Shown one piece after another: positions 22,552-33,147 of a stretch of DNA of 64,000 bases (its first letter is position 1; each line of letters starts with the position of its first letter). The stretch is from assembly GCA_003707115.1 (NCBI GenBank), contig PPNB01000001.1, forward strand, positions 310,001-374,000, read 5' to 3'. Below the pieces are notes generated by a model, which did not search any database, was not told where the DNA came from, and saw only the letters and a list, made by a program, of their open reading frames with translations. This DNA is from Tortispora ganteri. Lineage: Eukaryota. The position numbers were made by a program, and so were the translations under genes.

Positions 22552-24120
22552 CTACTTGAGCACCAAATAATTATCCTTTAATTTGGCCACTTGCTTAACA
22601 AGCCCTTTCAGACGTTCACTGTTCTTCGGATTGTCTTTAAGTTTTGCTTTAAGATGTCGAAGCAGTTCCTTGGCAGTTAACTTCTCGTTCTGTTCAAGAA
22701 CCCTCCTTATATCATCGGCTGTTAATAAAGTTGGATCATCCTCTTCACTAGTGGTAGAGTTAGGAGAAACCATTTTCAACTTGATTTTCTTGGAAACTCC
22801 CCCGCCGTTGCCTGTTTCATCTAGCGACCGCTTATTATTATTTTCTCCGATAGCATTCCGTAACTTCGGAGGCGAACTGTATATAATAACTGATGCAGGT
22901 TTCTCAACTTTTACCTGAGTGGTAATATGCGGCGATTCGCTTCTGGAAATAGGAGAGCTCGACATTGACGCCATACCGCCACGTGAATAGACACCTGATA
23001 TTCTTGGAATCTTCTGATCTCTTTTTTCATTGAAGTTCTCATTATTAATCCCCGTAGTAGCATCAGCTTTATCGTCATGATCATTAAACAAGCTGTCATC
23101 TGAATCATCTGACATGTAGGGATTAGCATCCTCATCATCACTTTCATAAAGAGCATTCTTTTCTAAAGACCTTAGATATTTTTTTAACTTTCGGCCTTCC
23201 TGATTCAACTTCTCTTCTTCGGAAGAATCATATACATCTTTGACATCTAAACTATTAGCGGTCTGCATTTCTTTCTTGATACGCTCCTCAACTTCTTTGT
23301 TTTCTTCTTCTGGTCCTTCTATTATAGGTGCACCTTCATCATCATCAAACGCTTCTTCGTAATCGAGATCTTCCCTATCAGCTTCGCCACTTCGGGTTCG
23401 ACTTTCACCACCCAACACCATGCGCATTCGTCGCTGCGGTGCTGAAACAGGTGACTGTGACCTATTCTCGTCTAGTTTTCGCATAAACCATCTGGGTAGC
23501 TTATCTTTAGCAGACATTTTAGCCTCAGCCTCTTCAAGGGATAACGTGGCAAATTGATTGCGGGGCGTAAATCGATACCAGCGATCAACAGGGACCATGC
23601 GGAAACCATCGTCGTCAAACACAAATATTACATAGCAGTTAGATTGTGCAGCTTCATAATTGCCCACCCAAACATTTTTATCTTCAAAATCTTCCAGGAC
23701 CCACGGGAAGTGTTCCTCATATCGTAGTTTCTGTGCTTCTTCACGCCCGGTGAAAACTTGTCTTGTTTTGCGATTATTGGGGCCATACTGGCGACGGCCA
23801 GCACCATCTGGAGCCACAGAAGACATATCTTTTGGCTCTATTTTTGATTCATTACTATTTTCAACGTTATTGTTCTCTTCGGGAGTTTCACTGGAATTTG
23901 TAGTAGCATGATGCTTAACTAGTTTGGGATCTTTTCTACTTAAGCGGACAGGCTCATCAAAAGTCTTAAGGTCGATTTTATGCCGTGAATGCAGTTTCAT
24001 GACATTATGCCGAATTCCATTAACTTCTTCTGGGGTTGCGCATTTCAACCTGAATTCAGTGTAATTGCCACCACCTGGTGAAGAAGATGTAGACTTAGCG
24101 TGGTTATCGGAGGTCGACAT
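22552..24120 (-). CDS. TFG1: TFIIF large subunit (RAP74)
   Basis: KTRQVF, RYEE.FPWVLEDF..KN.WVG.YEA, F.MVP...YRFT.R..FATL..EEAE; first ATG at 24120. Confidence 0.93.
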   Translation of the reverse strand: MSTSDNHAKSTSSSPGGGNYTEFRLKCATPEEVNGIRHNVMKLHSRHKIDLKTFDEPVRLSRKDPKLVKHHATTNSSETPEENNNVENSNESKIEPKDMSSVAPDGAGRRQYGPNNRKTRQVFTGREEAQKLRYEEHFPWVLEDFEDKNVWVGNYEAAQSNCYVIFVFDDDGFRMVPVDRWYRFTPRNQFATLSLEEAEAKMSAKDKLPRWFMRKLDENRSQSPVSAPQRRMRMVLGGESRTRSGEADREDLDYEEAFDDDEGAPIIEGPEEENKEVEERIKKEMQTANSLDVKDVYDSSEEEKLNQEGRKLKKYLRSLEKNALYESDDEDANPYMSDDSDDSLFNDHDDKADATTGINNENFNEKRDQKIPRISGVYSRGGMASMSSSPISRSESPHITTQVKVEKPASVIIYSSPPKLRNAIGENNNKRSLDETGNGGGVSKKIKLKMVSPNSTTSEEDDPTLLTADDIRRVLEQNEKLTAKELLRHLKAKLKDNPKNSERLKGLVKQVAKLKDNYLVLK

Positions 24121-24456
24121 GCTGCTGTTCAATAAGGACCGCCTGATTTTAGTGGATTATGGTGAAAGAATGAAATTAATTGCCTAGTTTTCCAAAATAT
24201 TATTAGATACGGAGCAATAAACTGCGTATCTATATTGGTTAGAGGGGAAAGCGTGCCTGTTGGCGCAAAAATACAGTAGGAATCGAAGTGTAAACCAAGA
24301 ATGGCGGCTGGAATGGTCGCTTTTGGGATAAAGCCCACCTCTCTGACCGGCGGCGTAGACCAGCAGCGAATTGGCCCATTCACGCTATTGCTGTTGATTC
24401 AAAGAAGATGCAGATATAAAATCGTTGATGGGCATTGTTATTATAAATAGTTTCGT

Positions 24457-25197
24457 TCATATATCAATCTGTGATTGGTAATTAAGTCGCTTTAATGTCT
24501 CAGCTTGTTGATGACGAGCAATGTACTTGGTTTCAAATCCATTACCACGATCAACTCCGTCCCAATGAATGCCTGGTTTTATGTCGAATCTATTAGGTGG
24601 ATACGCACCTTTATATGTGGGTAGAGCTCCAATATTTTCTTGCTGTGTTCTGATATTGAAAGGATCTTCAGTTCTGGGTGCAGCTTTTTGTATAGCTGTA
24701 ACTTCCTGGTCATCTTGTCCGACAGTAAGACGCATAGTCCGAGCTTGTTGTAGCCTAGCACGCTCTTTATCTTCCTCTTTTTTTTGTACATCTCCTTTTA
24801 AAGCCTCTACTCGTTGTTTTAATTGATCCTCTTTCAATCTATCTAGATCAACTACCCGTCCGCTCTTGTCTCTATACGTCGTAGACTGTTCTGGTTTTAA
24901 GTCATCGAGTTTTTTATCCGGCTCGTTAGTAAAGTCCGAAGCAGAAATAAGTCCATATCCTGATTTATTAATTGGTTTCCATTTGCCGCTAGTATTAGCC
25001 GTGTTAGTTGTGTCTGTTGAGCTTGCCCGTTCGATAGAGCTGTTAGGCAAATCGACTTGAGTATTGATCTCTAATTGATTGATATTTGAGTCCTGGAAAT
25101 CGGGCTCAATCACTACATTAGAAGGTACATTTGTCTTTGAACGTTTCTTAGATTTTTTACTGGCATAATTTTTTGACAAATAATCAGCCAAACTCAT
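24457..25197 (-). CDS. BUD13: Pre-mRNA splicing factor Bud13/Cwc26
   Basis: MSLADYLSKNY, T.YRD.SGR, PPNRF.I.PG..WDGVDR.NGFE. Confidence 0.92.
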   Translation of the reverse strand: MSLADYLSKNYASKKSKKRSKTNVPSNVVIEPDFQDSNINQLEINTQVDLPNSSIERASSTDTTNTANTSGKWKPINKSGYGLISASDFTNEPDKKLDDLKPEQSTTYRDKSGRVVDLDRLKEDQLKQRVEALKGDVQKKEEDKERARLQQARTMRLTVGQDDQEVTAIQKAAPRTEDPFNIRTQQENIGALPTYKGAYPPNRFDIKPGIHWDGVDRGNGFETKYIARHQQAETLKRLNYQSQIDI

Positions 25198-25265
25198 TGG
25201 CGTTGGTAAAGTCAGTGTTCACCTTCGCATTGCCCTTTCCCTGATTCTCACCACACGCATCGCTA

Positions 25266-25712
25266 ATGCTGATTTTACTCCTATTATGTCCTGTATATGG
25301 ACACAAAATATTGATTAAAACGGAAAATATATTAAGAGGTGAAATAATATATGACGTTCATCTAAATACTATAGACTATACTCTCGAATCTTATTATAAC
25401 GACTGTCCAATGAGTGTGGAGTTCATAGACGAATCTACTGGTTTGTTAAATTCAATATACACTAATTCCTCACTCCAGGGCGAATATAACCTTATCACTT
25501 ATGGCAAATCGGCTAAATTTGTGGAGTTTATACCAGGCTCCAACACTACTGTGGCTTTTAAATCACCTTCGGTCTTCTCGAGCCCTATACTTCGACAGAT
25601 GACTGATTTTTCTACTGTTGTTGTCGACGACTCTACATTCTTACAAAAATATTGGTTACCTATATTGGTCGGTGTTATATTTGTACTTGTTTCTGGTGGA
25701 CAGTCTGGTTAA
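25266..25712 (+). CDS. EMC10: ER membrane complex subunit 10-like
   Basis: Signal peptide; C-terminal TFLQKYW followed by a TM helix. Confidence 0.6.
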   Translation: MLILLLLCPVYGHKILIKTENILRGEIIYDVHLNTIDYTLESYYNDCPMSVEFIDESTGLLNSIYTNSSLQGEYNLITYGKSAKFVEFIPGSNTTVAFKSPSVFSSPILRQMTDFSTVVVDDSTFLQKYWLPILVGVIFVLVSGGQSG

Positions 25713-25734
25713 ACTTGGATCATGAGGCTAATTT

Positions 25735-28209
25735 TTATGCTCTTTGTCCGGCAACCCATGCAGTAATAACCTCATAGCATAGTGTGTACTGCGACAATGT
25801 TTCAACCATGCAAAAGCGTTCATTTCTCAATTGCGAAACAATATCGTAAACAAGGTCATTACGGTATTTCTCGTGTAGAGCGACCTCAGAGCTGTCAGTC
25901 AGCAAACAAGAGGATTCGGCACACACCCAAGGTTTCTTTCCTTTATTAGATTTCAGATAGTCAATTGCATAGGCAACAGTACAAAATGTACCAGTCCTGC
26001 CACAACCAGCACTACAATGAACAACTGTTGGCTTGTTATGATCATCCCATAAAGCAAAGCATGAATCCACAAGCTCCACGATCTCTTCTGCACTTTTAGC
26101 AGTCGCACAGTCCGACCAGCTGGAATAATGAACATGTATTATTTTTTTCACAGTTCCCGATTCTTTATGTTCCAATCTTATCTCTCTCTTGATAAATGTT
26201 TCTTCTCCATCGTCCTCGATACCCAATTTTCTTTCGTCTCTATCATTAAAGCGCGCTTTTGTCTCACTTACCAGTGAGACGCGAAATGCGCTATATTCCT
26301 TGCTATTCCAATAAACAAGGCCTTTGGTGCGCTCTAGATCTCCGGAAAGCATAACAATCACCTGCACCTCATTCTCCCATATCATTTTCCAAAATTCATC
26401 CAACGTAGCATCTAAGGGCGCTTGTGTAGCAATGAATTTCATGTCTGACTGAGCAATAACAATCGTGCTCGCATTGATATACTGTCCTGGTGTCCCGGAG
26501 AGGATAACACGGGTATACTCATATGGTAATATATTAGCATAACGATTTTTGTCGCCTCTTTGTATGCCAGACGACACTGAGAACCTTGACCTACCCTGGG
26601 CATTCTGATCTAACAGCCCAGCCGAATCAGGAGCAACCTGACGCAATCGCTGCTGTTCAATTCTGTCCAACATTTGAAACTTCTCAATCAGCTCGCTAGC
26701 CCACTCACTATATCCAGTTTCGATCTGTAAAATTTCACGCACACACCCAATAGAAGCACTATACGTTTCACTGAACTGCTTTATACGCGATTCAACCATA
26801 TCGTAGTCCTTTTTCTGCGGAGTAAACACTTGTGGTTTCATATAGTGCAAAAAGAATTCGTTTACATTATCTCCAAATGTTGAAAACGGCGTATTAAGAC
26901 TCAAGCCTTTCAGTAGTCCGCCAGGACTAGCAGAAGACTCACGTTCGGGAATATCTAAGTGCAAAGTGAAATGCTCGCGTGTTTTCTCGGTATCAGCAAC
27001 ATCCACTGCCGAAAAGCTTCGTTTGTAGGCTGCAGCCGGGTGCACAGACATGTCTTTATCGGTAGTGATATCAGAGCAATTGCACTCAGTCATATCCGGG
27101 TACTGTCTACTGAAGATGGTGTAGCCTCCTATCAGATAAGCTATCGTACCTGTATATCCCGAGCGGCGAAACTTACCGGCAATAGCGTACAACTGGGAAC
27201 TGTGCATTATTTTGCGAGCTTCCGTATCATATAATAAAATGACTTCGGATTTCCTCCAGTTGGGATCATGCGCCGAATTTCGGCTACTTTGAGACGTAGT
27301 AGACAGCATAGAATCTGCTGTGACATTATTTCTGCGCAGCAAGGTAGACGGCATACATATGTTAGTTGCGTTCTTAATATGACCTGCAAGGAACCGAGAC
27401 AAAGGTCTCAAATCTATCAGGAGCGTCTTCTTATCATCTTTCAGGATACTATAAGCTTGCCTAGCAGACAAAGCTGTAATTCTGAGTGACTCATTGTTAT
27501 AAAAGATTTTTCTCTCCACCTGTTTGCTATTCGGAGCAATTTTTGAATTTCCAATTGTTTTCGATCGTTGGAATTCAGAGAAAGGGTCTCGCAGATCAGG
27601 CGAGTTTTCAGTATATGTAGAGGAGTTGCGAATATTTGAGTTTAGTACTGTGTTGTTAATCCCATGATGAGATAAATTCATCTTACTTTGCATAGCTTTT
27701 GAGCAATATTTTGACAATTGAGAATTATCTCGCATTATCGATGAGGATGAACGAGATGAATCGTCAGTCATCGCTGATAATCCATTAATATGCACATTTC
27801 TAGCAGAATTTCGTTCGATTATATCAGTGGAATATGAGTTTTCTGACGTCATGTCAGAATGCAACGCTGCCTCAGCAAACATTATATCAACAGAAGTAGT
27901 ATTGGAAGCAATAGCATTTGAGCACGGGGTGTCAGCCTCAGGCTGCAGATCTACCTTTAAATCCATATTCGGAACAGACGGAAAACGCTTAGGTACAGGT
28001 TTTTCATCCGTCAAAACACTGGTCTTATCAGATGATGGAAAGTATCCGTAAGAGTCTATAGTTGACGCACGCTCCAGGTCACGAATATCTGGAGGGGAAA
28101 GAACTGGTCGCTGTGAAATAGATGAGGATATATCACTAATTGTACCGCGATCAGAACTATTCGCTTTCTTTATATCATCATCATAAGGCGGTTGTGACGA
28201 TGAGAACAT
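25735..28209 (-). CDS. MAPK tyrosine phosphatase (rhodanese + PTP; Ptp2/Ptp3/Pyp1-like)
   Basis: DLRP...GHI..A.N rhodanese, KNRY.NI.PY, YINAS, IATQ.P, VHCSAGCGRTG. Confidence 0.92.
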   Translation of the reverse strand: MFSSSQPPYDDDIKKANSSDRGTISDISSSISQRPVLSPPDIRDLERASTIDSYGYFPSSDKTSVLTDEKPVPKRFPSVPNMDLKVDLQPEADTPCSNAIASNTTSVDIMFAEAALHSDMTSENSYSTDIIERNSARNVHINGLSAMTDDSSRSSSSIMRDNSQLSKYCSKAMQSKMNLSHHGINNTVLNSNIRNSSTYTENSPDLRDPFSEFQRSKTIGNSKIAPNSKQVERKIFYNNESLRITALSARQAYSILKDDKKTLLIDLRPLSRFLAGHIKNATNICMPSTLLRRNNVTADSMLSTTSQSSRNSAHDPNWRKSEVILLYDTEARKIMHSSQLYAIAGKFRRSGYTGTIAYLIGGYTIFSRQYPDMTECNCSDITTDKDMSVHPAAAYKRSFSAVDVADTEKTREHFTLHLDIPERESSASPGGLLKGLSLNTPFSTFGDNVNEFFLHYMKPQVFTPQKKDYDMVESRIKQFSETYSASIGCVREILQIETGYSEWASELIEKFQMLDRIEQQRLRQVAPDSAGLLDQNAQGRSRFSVSSGIQRGDKNRYANILPYEYTRVILSGTPGQYINASTIVIAQSDMKFIATQAPLDATLDEFWKMIWENEVQVIVMLSGDLERTKGLVYWNSKEYSAFRVSLVSETKARFNDRDERKLGIEDDGEETFIKREIRLEHKESGTVKKIIHVHYSSWSDCATAKSAEEIVELVDSCFALWDDHNKPTVVHCSAGCGRTGTFCTVAYAIDYLKSNKGKKPWVCAESSCLLTDSSEVALHEKYRNDLVYDIVSQLRNERFCMVETLSQYTLCYEVITAWVAGQRA

Positions 28210-29356
28210 GATTTAGCGTGAAGTTTCTCGGAAAGCGGTAAGCCAAACACTTAATTTAAAAATGTAGAGATAGTCGCGTGCACAACTATGTTCAAGAACG
28301 TAAAAGATCTGGGATTCCCACGAGGAATGAAGTAGCAAGGATTTTAGTATTTAGTGTCTTTCTCCTTGATCTGCAGCGCTGGTCAGGCCCAAAACAAGTT
28401 ACCGTGTGTAGATGCAATGTCTTTATGCGGAATCTATGATTTTATAGTTCCTGATTGTTAAAGCCTGTGCTAGTCAATAATTCTTTAGTAACTCTAGGAC
28501 GCACACGAGCTTATCTAATATGACGTAATGAGGAGACCTGTTTATGAACGGAATGTGTCAAAGAAAGTAGTAGAGAATTAACAAGTTTCGATCTAGATTT
28601 AATATTGTTCTATAAACTAATTTGCCGCGTGTAAATTCAGAATCTAACTCAAGCTATCAGATGGAGTGCCCAATTTAAATTCTTTATGTCAGACGGAGTA
28701 TGCGATGCTGAATAGAATGTATTCTATGAAAGTGTGTTTAATATCACTTTTAATCCTATCAACAGTAGTAAATTTTCTCCTCCTAACTGTACACTTCTTG
28801 ATCTATATAATAATTCTCTCCAGGGGGTTAATAAAGCCCAAAACTTGCCGATATTCTCGAGGTATTCTTCAACCTTCCTGCTTCAAGGAATTCCAAGTTC
28901 TTCAAAAGTCGTGGAGGAGGGCACCTCGATAAATTCAACCAATCAAAAGTGTTCAAAAGTCTAATGGGGCAATTGTTATGACGTAAGTCATTTCTCATCT
29001 CCCACATTGCTATTAAGGTTCGCGATTTGGCTCCATAGAACGTTTCATTTAACTGGTGCCTAGCCGATGTTCGAATTATCTTGCACTTAATCACAAAAAC
29101 ATTGAAGTAATATGATAGCATTATTGATTGTGCACATTTACAAATCTATATACATTATAATAACCCTCTAAATATAATGGATACTAGCTGATCACACGAA
29201 GCAAGCTACTAGTTCAAAAGCGAAACAGGTAAATCGGAAGAGCAAACCTTATTATGCTCACGCTCTCGATGCATTTATGTCATACCGCGCTGCCTCAAAC
29301 TCCAAAATTCGGGATTCTCTTTCCTAATCTGACTATTAGTATTTTCCCTGTCAATC

Positions 29357-32341
29357 TCAGAGAATCGCGTTTTCGAGCTTTGTAAGATAAGAATAGGATT
29401 CCTGAGGCATGCGATATTGAATCATACCAGCATAGATCATACAGTTCTTAGCACGTTCTTGCACTTCCGCAATAACTTTGTGTCTAGTAGGATCTTTGCC
29501 AAATTCTGTATCAGATACTGCATTCTTGATCTCAATAAGTGCTTCCATACACATCCTTAGAATCATAGGAATGTTTCGAGTAATAGCTTCATTTAGTGAG
29601 CCAAATTGCTGAGCTCTTTTTCGCACTAAATTTATCGCACTGTTTCCTCCTCCTGATCTGGTTACTATTCCTGACATGGGAAGCATTGGCACAAGATTAG
29701 CGGAGTCCATATCTGCAATACACTGTGTATACTTTCCAGCTTCAAAATTCTCTCGAGCAGAAACTATTTTCAACAACATATTACAGGTATCTCTTGTGTG
29801 AGTTTGCACTGCTGACATTATTTCCTTGTTGGTCTCATATAGTTCCATTATGTCACTGGCCAATGTTCCCGGATTCACAGACGCTGCAATAGACATAGGC
29901 AACTGCATGTCATGCCCACGTTCTCCATATCCGTTCACGCCACCAATCAGGCTACCACTCCTCAGCTCTGTGCTCGCTAAAAGATCACCTAACAAGCGAT
30001 TCAACAGAGAAACTACAGAATCATAATCCTCGCTGAGATGATAAAGTAGTATGGCATCGCTATATCTTCCTTCTTCGTCAGTTCTAGTTGCGGCTTGCTC
30101 AGTGATGGTTAATAAAAATTGCTCTTCATCATCGATGTTGAACAATTTCATTTTGCGTTCAAGGATGCCCGGGTCTCGGATGCCGGACGCTTGGACATCT
30201 CCTAAAAGGGCCGCAAACGCTCGAGTATCTAGGACGAGTTCTCTGATCGCCTCGTGTGCAATATGTTGCTGTTCAGGCCAAACATCCCCGCCAAGGCAAA
30301 TCAAGCTGATGTAGTCAACCGCCATTTCAGGGTCTTCAACTCGGAAATCTTGTGTATATAATCCCATTAGTCGTGCAATCGAGATTTGTGGCAGATCATC
30401 AGGTGTGAGGGTAAGTATATCATCCGAGGATAATTGGTCAATTCCAGAAACTCGCAGAAGGCCATAATAATACGATGCAATGCTGAAGTGGACACCATCA
30501 TCAGGATACTGTTGATGAGCGTAATAAGCGGCTCGCTCAAATTGTCCAGTTAGCAAAAGCAAATGCAAATAAAGTCCATTATTTTGGCCATTGGCCGAAA
30601 AGTGGCGAGCACCAAATTGTAAAAGTGTTGTTTGCAAGTCGGTAAGTGAGTATTGCTCATGTAGTGGCTCTTCCATCGACATTCCAGTATTATGAGAAAC
30701 CTCTCGGGTTAACATTAGATGAGACCAAATCCAATCTTCTGCAGTAGGAAGAACATCGGGGATATTTTTGTTGCTAAGATCTGCGCGCCCTACTAACTTA
30801 TATACAGCATATTTGTAAGGATCCGATGTTCCCTCCTTGTAAAACCTCAAATTCTGCTTAAATTCTGATCTTAAACGCTCATTCAGAACACGAGGTAGCC
30901 TTCTATCAGAAGAGGTAGCATATGCTTTCATATAGGAGGGAAAAGACCTGTCAGTCTTTTGGAATGCAAATTCATTCTCTAAAGTAAGTTCCATAGCCTC
31001 TGTTATCATTCCAGAGCGGAGAAGATAAAATATGATAGCCCAGATGGGGATGTCGTTTATTATTTCAAGATGAGGCACAACCCACATATCACCACGTTTA
31101 AATAGGATGTTCACATATGCTTTAATTTTGTTGATTGGTTTCGGCAAGCCACCGAGTTGAGCTTGTGCGCGCTGCTTAGCTATTTGAGATTCAACCAAAG
31201 CAAAAAATTGCTTCTCTAAGTAATAAAGTGCTCCAGCAACTAAACTTGATCTCAAGCTAGCAATTTGCACAGAATTATCGTTGGGATTAGCGTAAATTTT
31301 AGCAAATCTTCTGCACTCTGGAGTGCCACGAGAGCCATTAGCATCAGAATCTGCCAGAGCGTGTGTAATCATTGTAGAGAATATCTGCCATGCCTCAGAT
31401 ATTTGCAAAGACTTTTGGTCGGTGCCAATCGATCGAATTGTTTCCGACATCCTAGACGCAAGGGGATAATCAGTATTATTCAAGCGGGCTGCGTTAAGCT
31501 CCAGTACGACTCCAGCGTATACCTGACGCCTGTGTGTATTCGTACGGCCAGAGTTTTCAGAAGCAGTAGATTCTAGTAGAGGTTTTCTGTTATAATGTTT
31601 GCGAATGGTAGAAGCACGAGGTTGTGGATATGCTGAAGTGTTCACTGAGTATCCAAGAGCAAGGCGTCCAATGGAAGGCTTGGTCCATGCTTGGTTTTTG
31701 GTGGTCAGTGAGGTATCAGAATTTTTAATAAGCTTCTGCTTTGTGTGATCGCCAAATGACCCTGACCAAGGCTGCCGGCTTGCTGTCGGAGAGCTTGAGG
31801 CTCCGGAAGATGAAACGTTGATTTCTTCATTAACGCTGGCAGAATCATCACCAGGAGAAATAATGCCGAATTGACGAAAAATAGCCTGAAGTTGGGCATC
31901 CCAATCTATTGACAAGGAATGAGCAATAGATTGGTCAAATCTCTGAGTGGACTGGCGGATATTATCTTCTATAGCTGACAGAATATTTTCATCTCTATGA
32001 CTCTGTAAGAACATTTCGAGATTATCTGTGTGGACATCAAGACCTAATTGTATGTCGAAACCGGGTCTGATATCGACTTCTGCCAAAAAGTGTTTAATTT
32101 GCTCTGCATTTATTCCATTAGATGCAAACAAATAATGAGCTCTGGTTTCTGCAGTAGAATCTAGTAGCAATGTCGATTTCAGCAGCTCAGCATACTTCGA
32201 AGCACGCAATGCTAGGTCCGAAAGACCTAGAATCAATGTGTTTTGTGGGGGTTGGAGTTGTGGAAAACTTTTACAGGCTAGCTCTAAATCGTCTAATAAT
32301 TGAGCGGACGACATAGTTAGTACCTCTGTTTTTTTAGCCAT
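29357..32341 (-). CDS. NIC96: Nucleoporin Nic96/Nup93
   Basis: AHYL.A..G, PIWA.IFYLLRSG, DPYK.AVYK..GR, EDW.W.HL, GQFE.A. Confidence 0.93.
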   Translation of the reverse strand: MAKKTEVLTMSSAQLLDDLELACKSFPQLQPPQNTLILGLSDLALRASKYAELLKSTLLLDSTAETRAHYLFASNGINAEQIKHFLAEVDIRPGFDIQLGLDVHTDNLEMFLQSHRDENILSAIEDNIRQSTQRFDQSIAHSLSIDWDAQLQAIFRQFGIISPGDDSASVNEEINVSSSGASSSPTASRQPWSGSFGDHTKQKLIKNSDTSLTTKNQAWTKPSIGRLALGYSVNTSAYPQPRASTIRKHYNRKPLLESTASENSGRTNTHRRQVYAGVVLELNAARLNNTDYPLASRMSETIRSIGTDQKSLQISEAWQIFSTMITHALADSDANGSRGTPECRRFAKIYANPNDNSVQIASLRSSLVAGALYYLEKQFFALVESQIAKQRAQAQLGGLPKPINKIKAYVNILFKRGDMWVVPHLEIINDIPIWAIIFYLLRSGMITEAMELTLENEFAFQKTDRSFPSYMKAYATSSDRRLPRVLNERLRSEFKQNLRFYKEGTSDPYKYAVYKLVGRADLSNKNIPDVLPTAEDWIWSHLMLTREVSHNTGMSMEEPLHEQYSLTDLQTTLLQFGARHFSANGQNNGLYLHLLLLTGQFERAAYYAHQQYPDDGVHFSIASYYYGLLRVSGIDQLSSDDILTLTPDDLPQISIARLMGLYTQDFRVEDPEMAVDYISLICLGGDVWPEQQHIAHEAIRELVLDTRAFAALLGDVQASGIRDPGILERKMKLFNIDDEEQFLLTITEQAATRTDEEGRYSDAILLYHLSEDYDSVVSLLNRLLGDLLASTELRSGSLIGGVNGYGERGHDMQLPMSIAASVNPGTLASDIMELYETNKEIMSAVQTHTRDTCNMLLKIVSARENFEAGKYTQCIADMDSANLVPMLPMSGIVTRSGGGNSAINLVRKRAQQFGSLNEAITRNIPMILRMCMEALIEIKNAVSDTEFGKDPTRHKVIAEVQERAKNCMIYAGMIQYRMPQESYSYLTKLENAIL

Positions 32342-33147
32342 TGCTAATGAGATCTTTTAGTGAATCTAGTGTCGAAAAATGGTCTATTCGTGTTGGTTTG
32401 ACAATAACAATACAGCGTCGGCATAGCAACGTTGGTTTTGTTACCGTTGCTACATGACTACTTAATTTAAAGTGAAGACTCAACTAATATAGCGGCATTA
32501 AGGAGTTAAATACCCGAAATTGGCGATCAGCGGAATCATCCGGATAACCCCGTTGCGTGGCACCTTTATCAGATCGAAATTTAGCCGAACTCGTTTTCAA
32601 TAAAATCGTTAAGAGGAACTGATTCTTTTTAAAGGTTTCTCTCAATTAAAGCAAGTAAATTATTTACTCATACGCAACACATATATTTTTGTGAGTGTAG
32701 GATAGAACATGGGATCTACAAAACGAAAGCGCTGCGTCAGTGCTACATCGGTACGCATACTGACGTTTTAAAATCCGGCAAGCAAGCCCAAAACGGTTAG
32801 ATAATTAAGTTTTAAAAGCTAGCTAGAGTTACTTTAAGCCCGAATTATTCCGGCACTTTTATCTGGGGTAAAAGCGAAAACATCGTGTCATTTTAACTTT
32901 CGCAGTCTTTATTCTACTTTTTCTTCCTTCCCCCCGAGGTATGCCGAAGACACAGTAGTAACTTTCTTGCATATAGTACATTTCAGTCGCCCGGTAATTC
33001 CTATTTCTTCTCTTTATACCTTCTGAATCGCTCTCTTTCTAATCGAACCGATCGTCGCGTAATACTTACGCAGTATCTCACAAGCCTTCTGATCGCTATT
33101 TCGAACTATTGAACCTATTTTATTTTCTTATATAAGTTTAGATAAAT

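Noticed and set aside
28666..29121. Short ORFs in the PTP-NIC96 gap (similar ones at 39254-39717)
   Set aside because: Mostly non-ATG starts, mutually overlapping, no recognisable homology.
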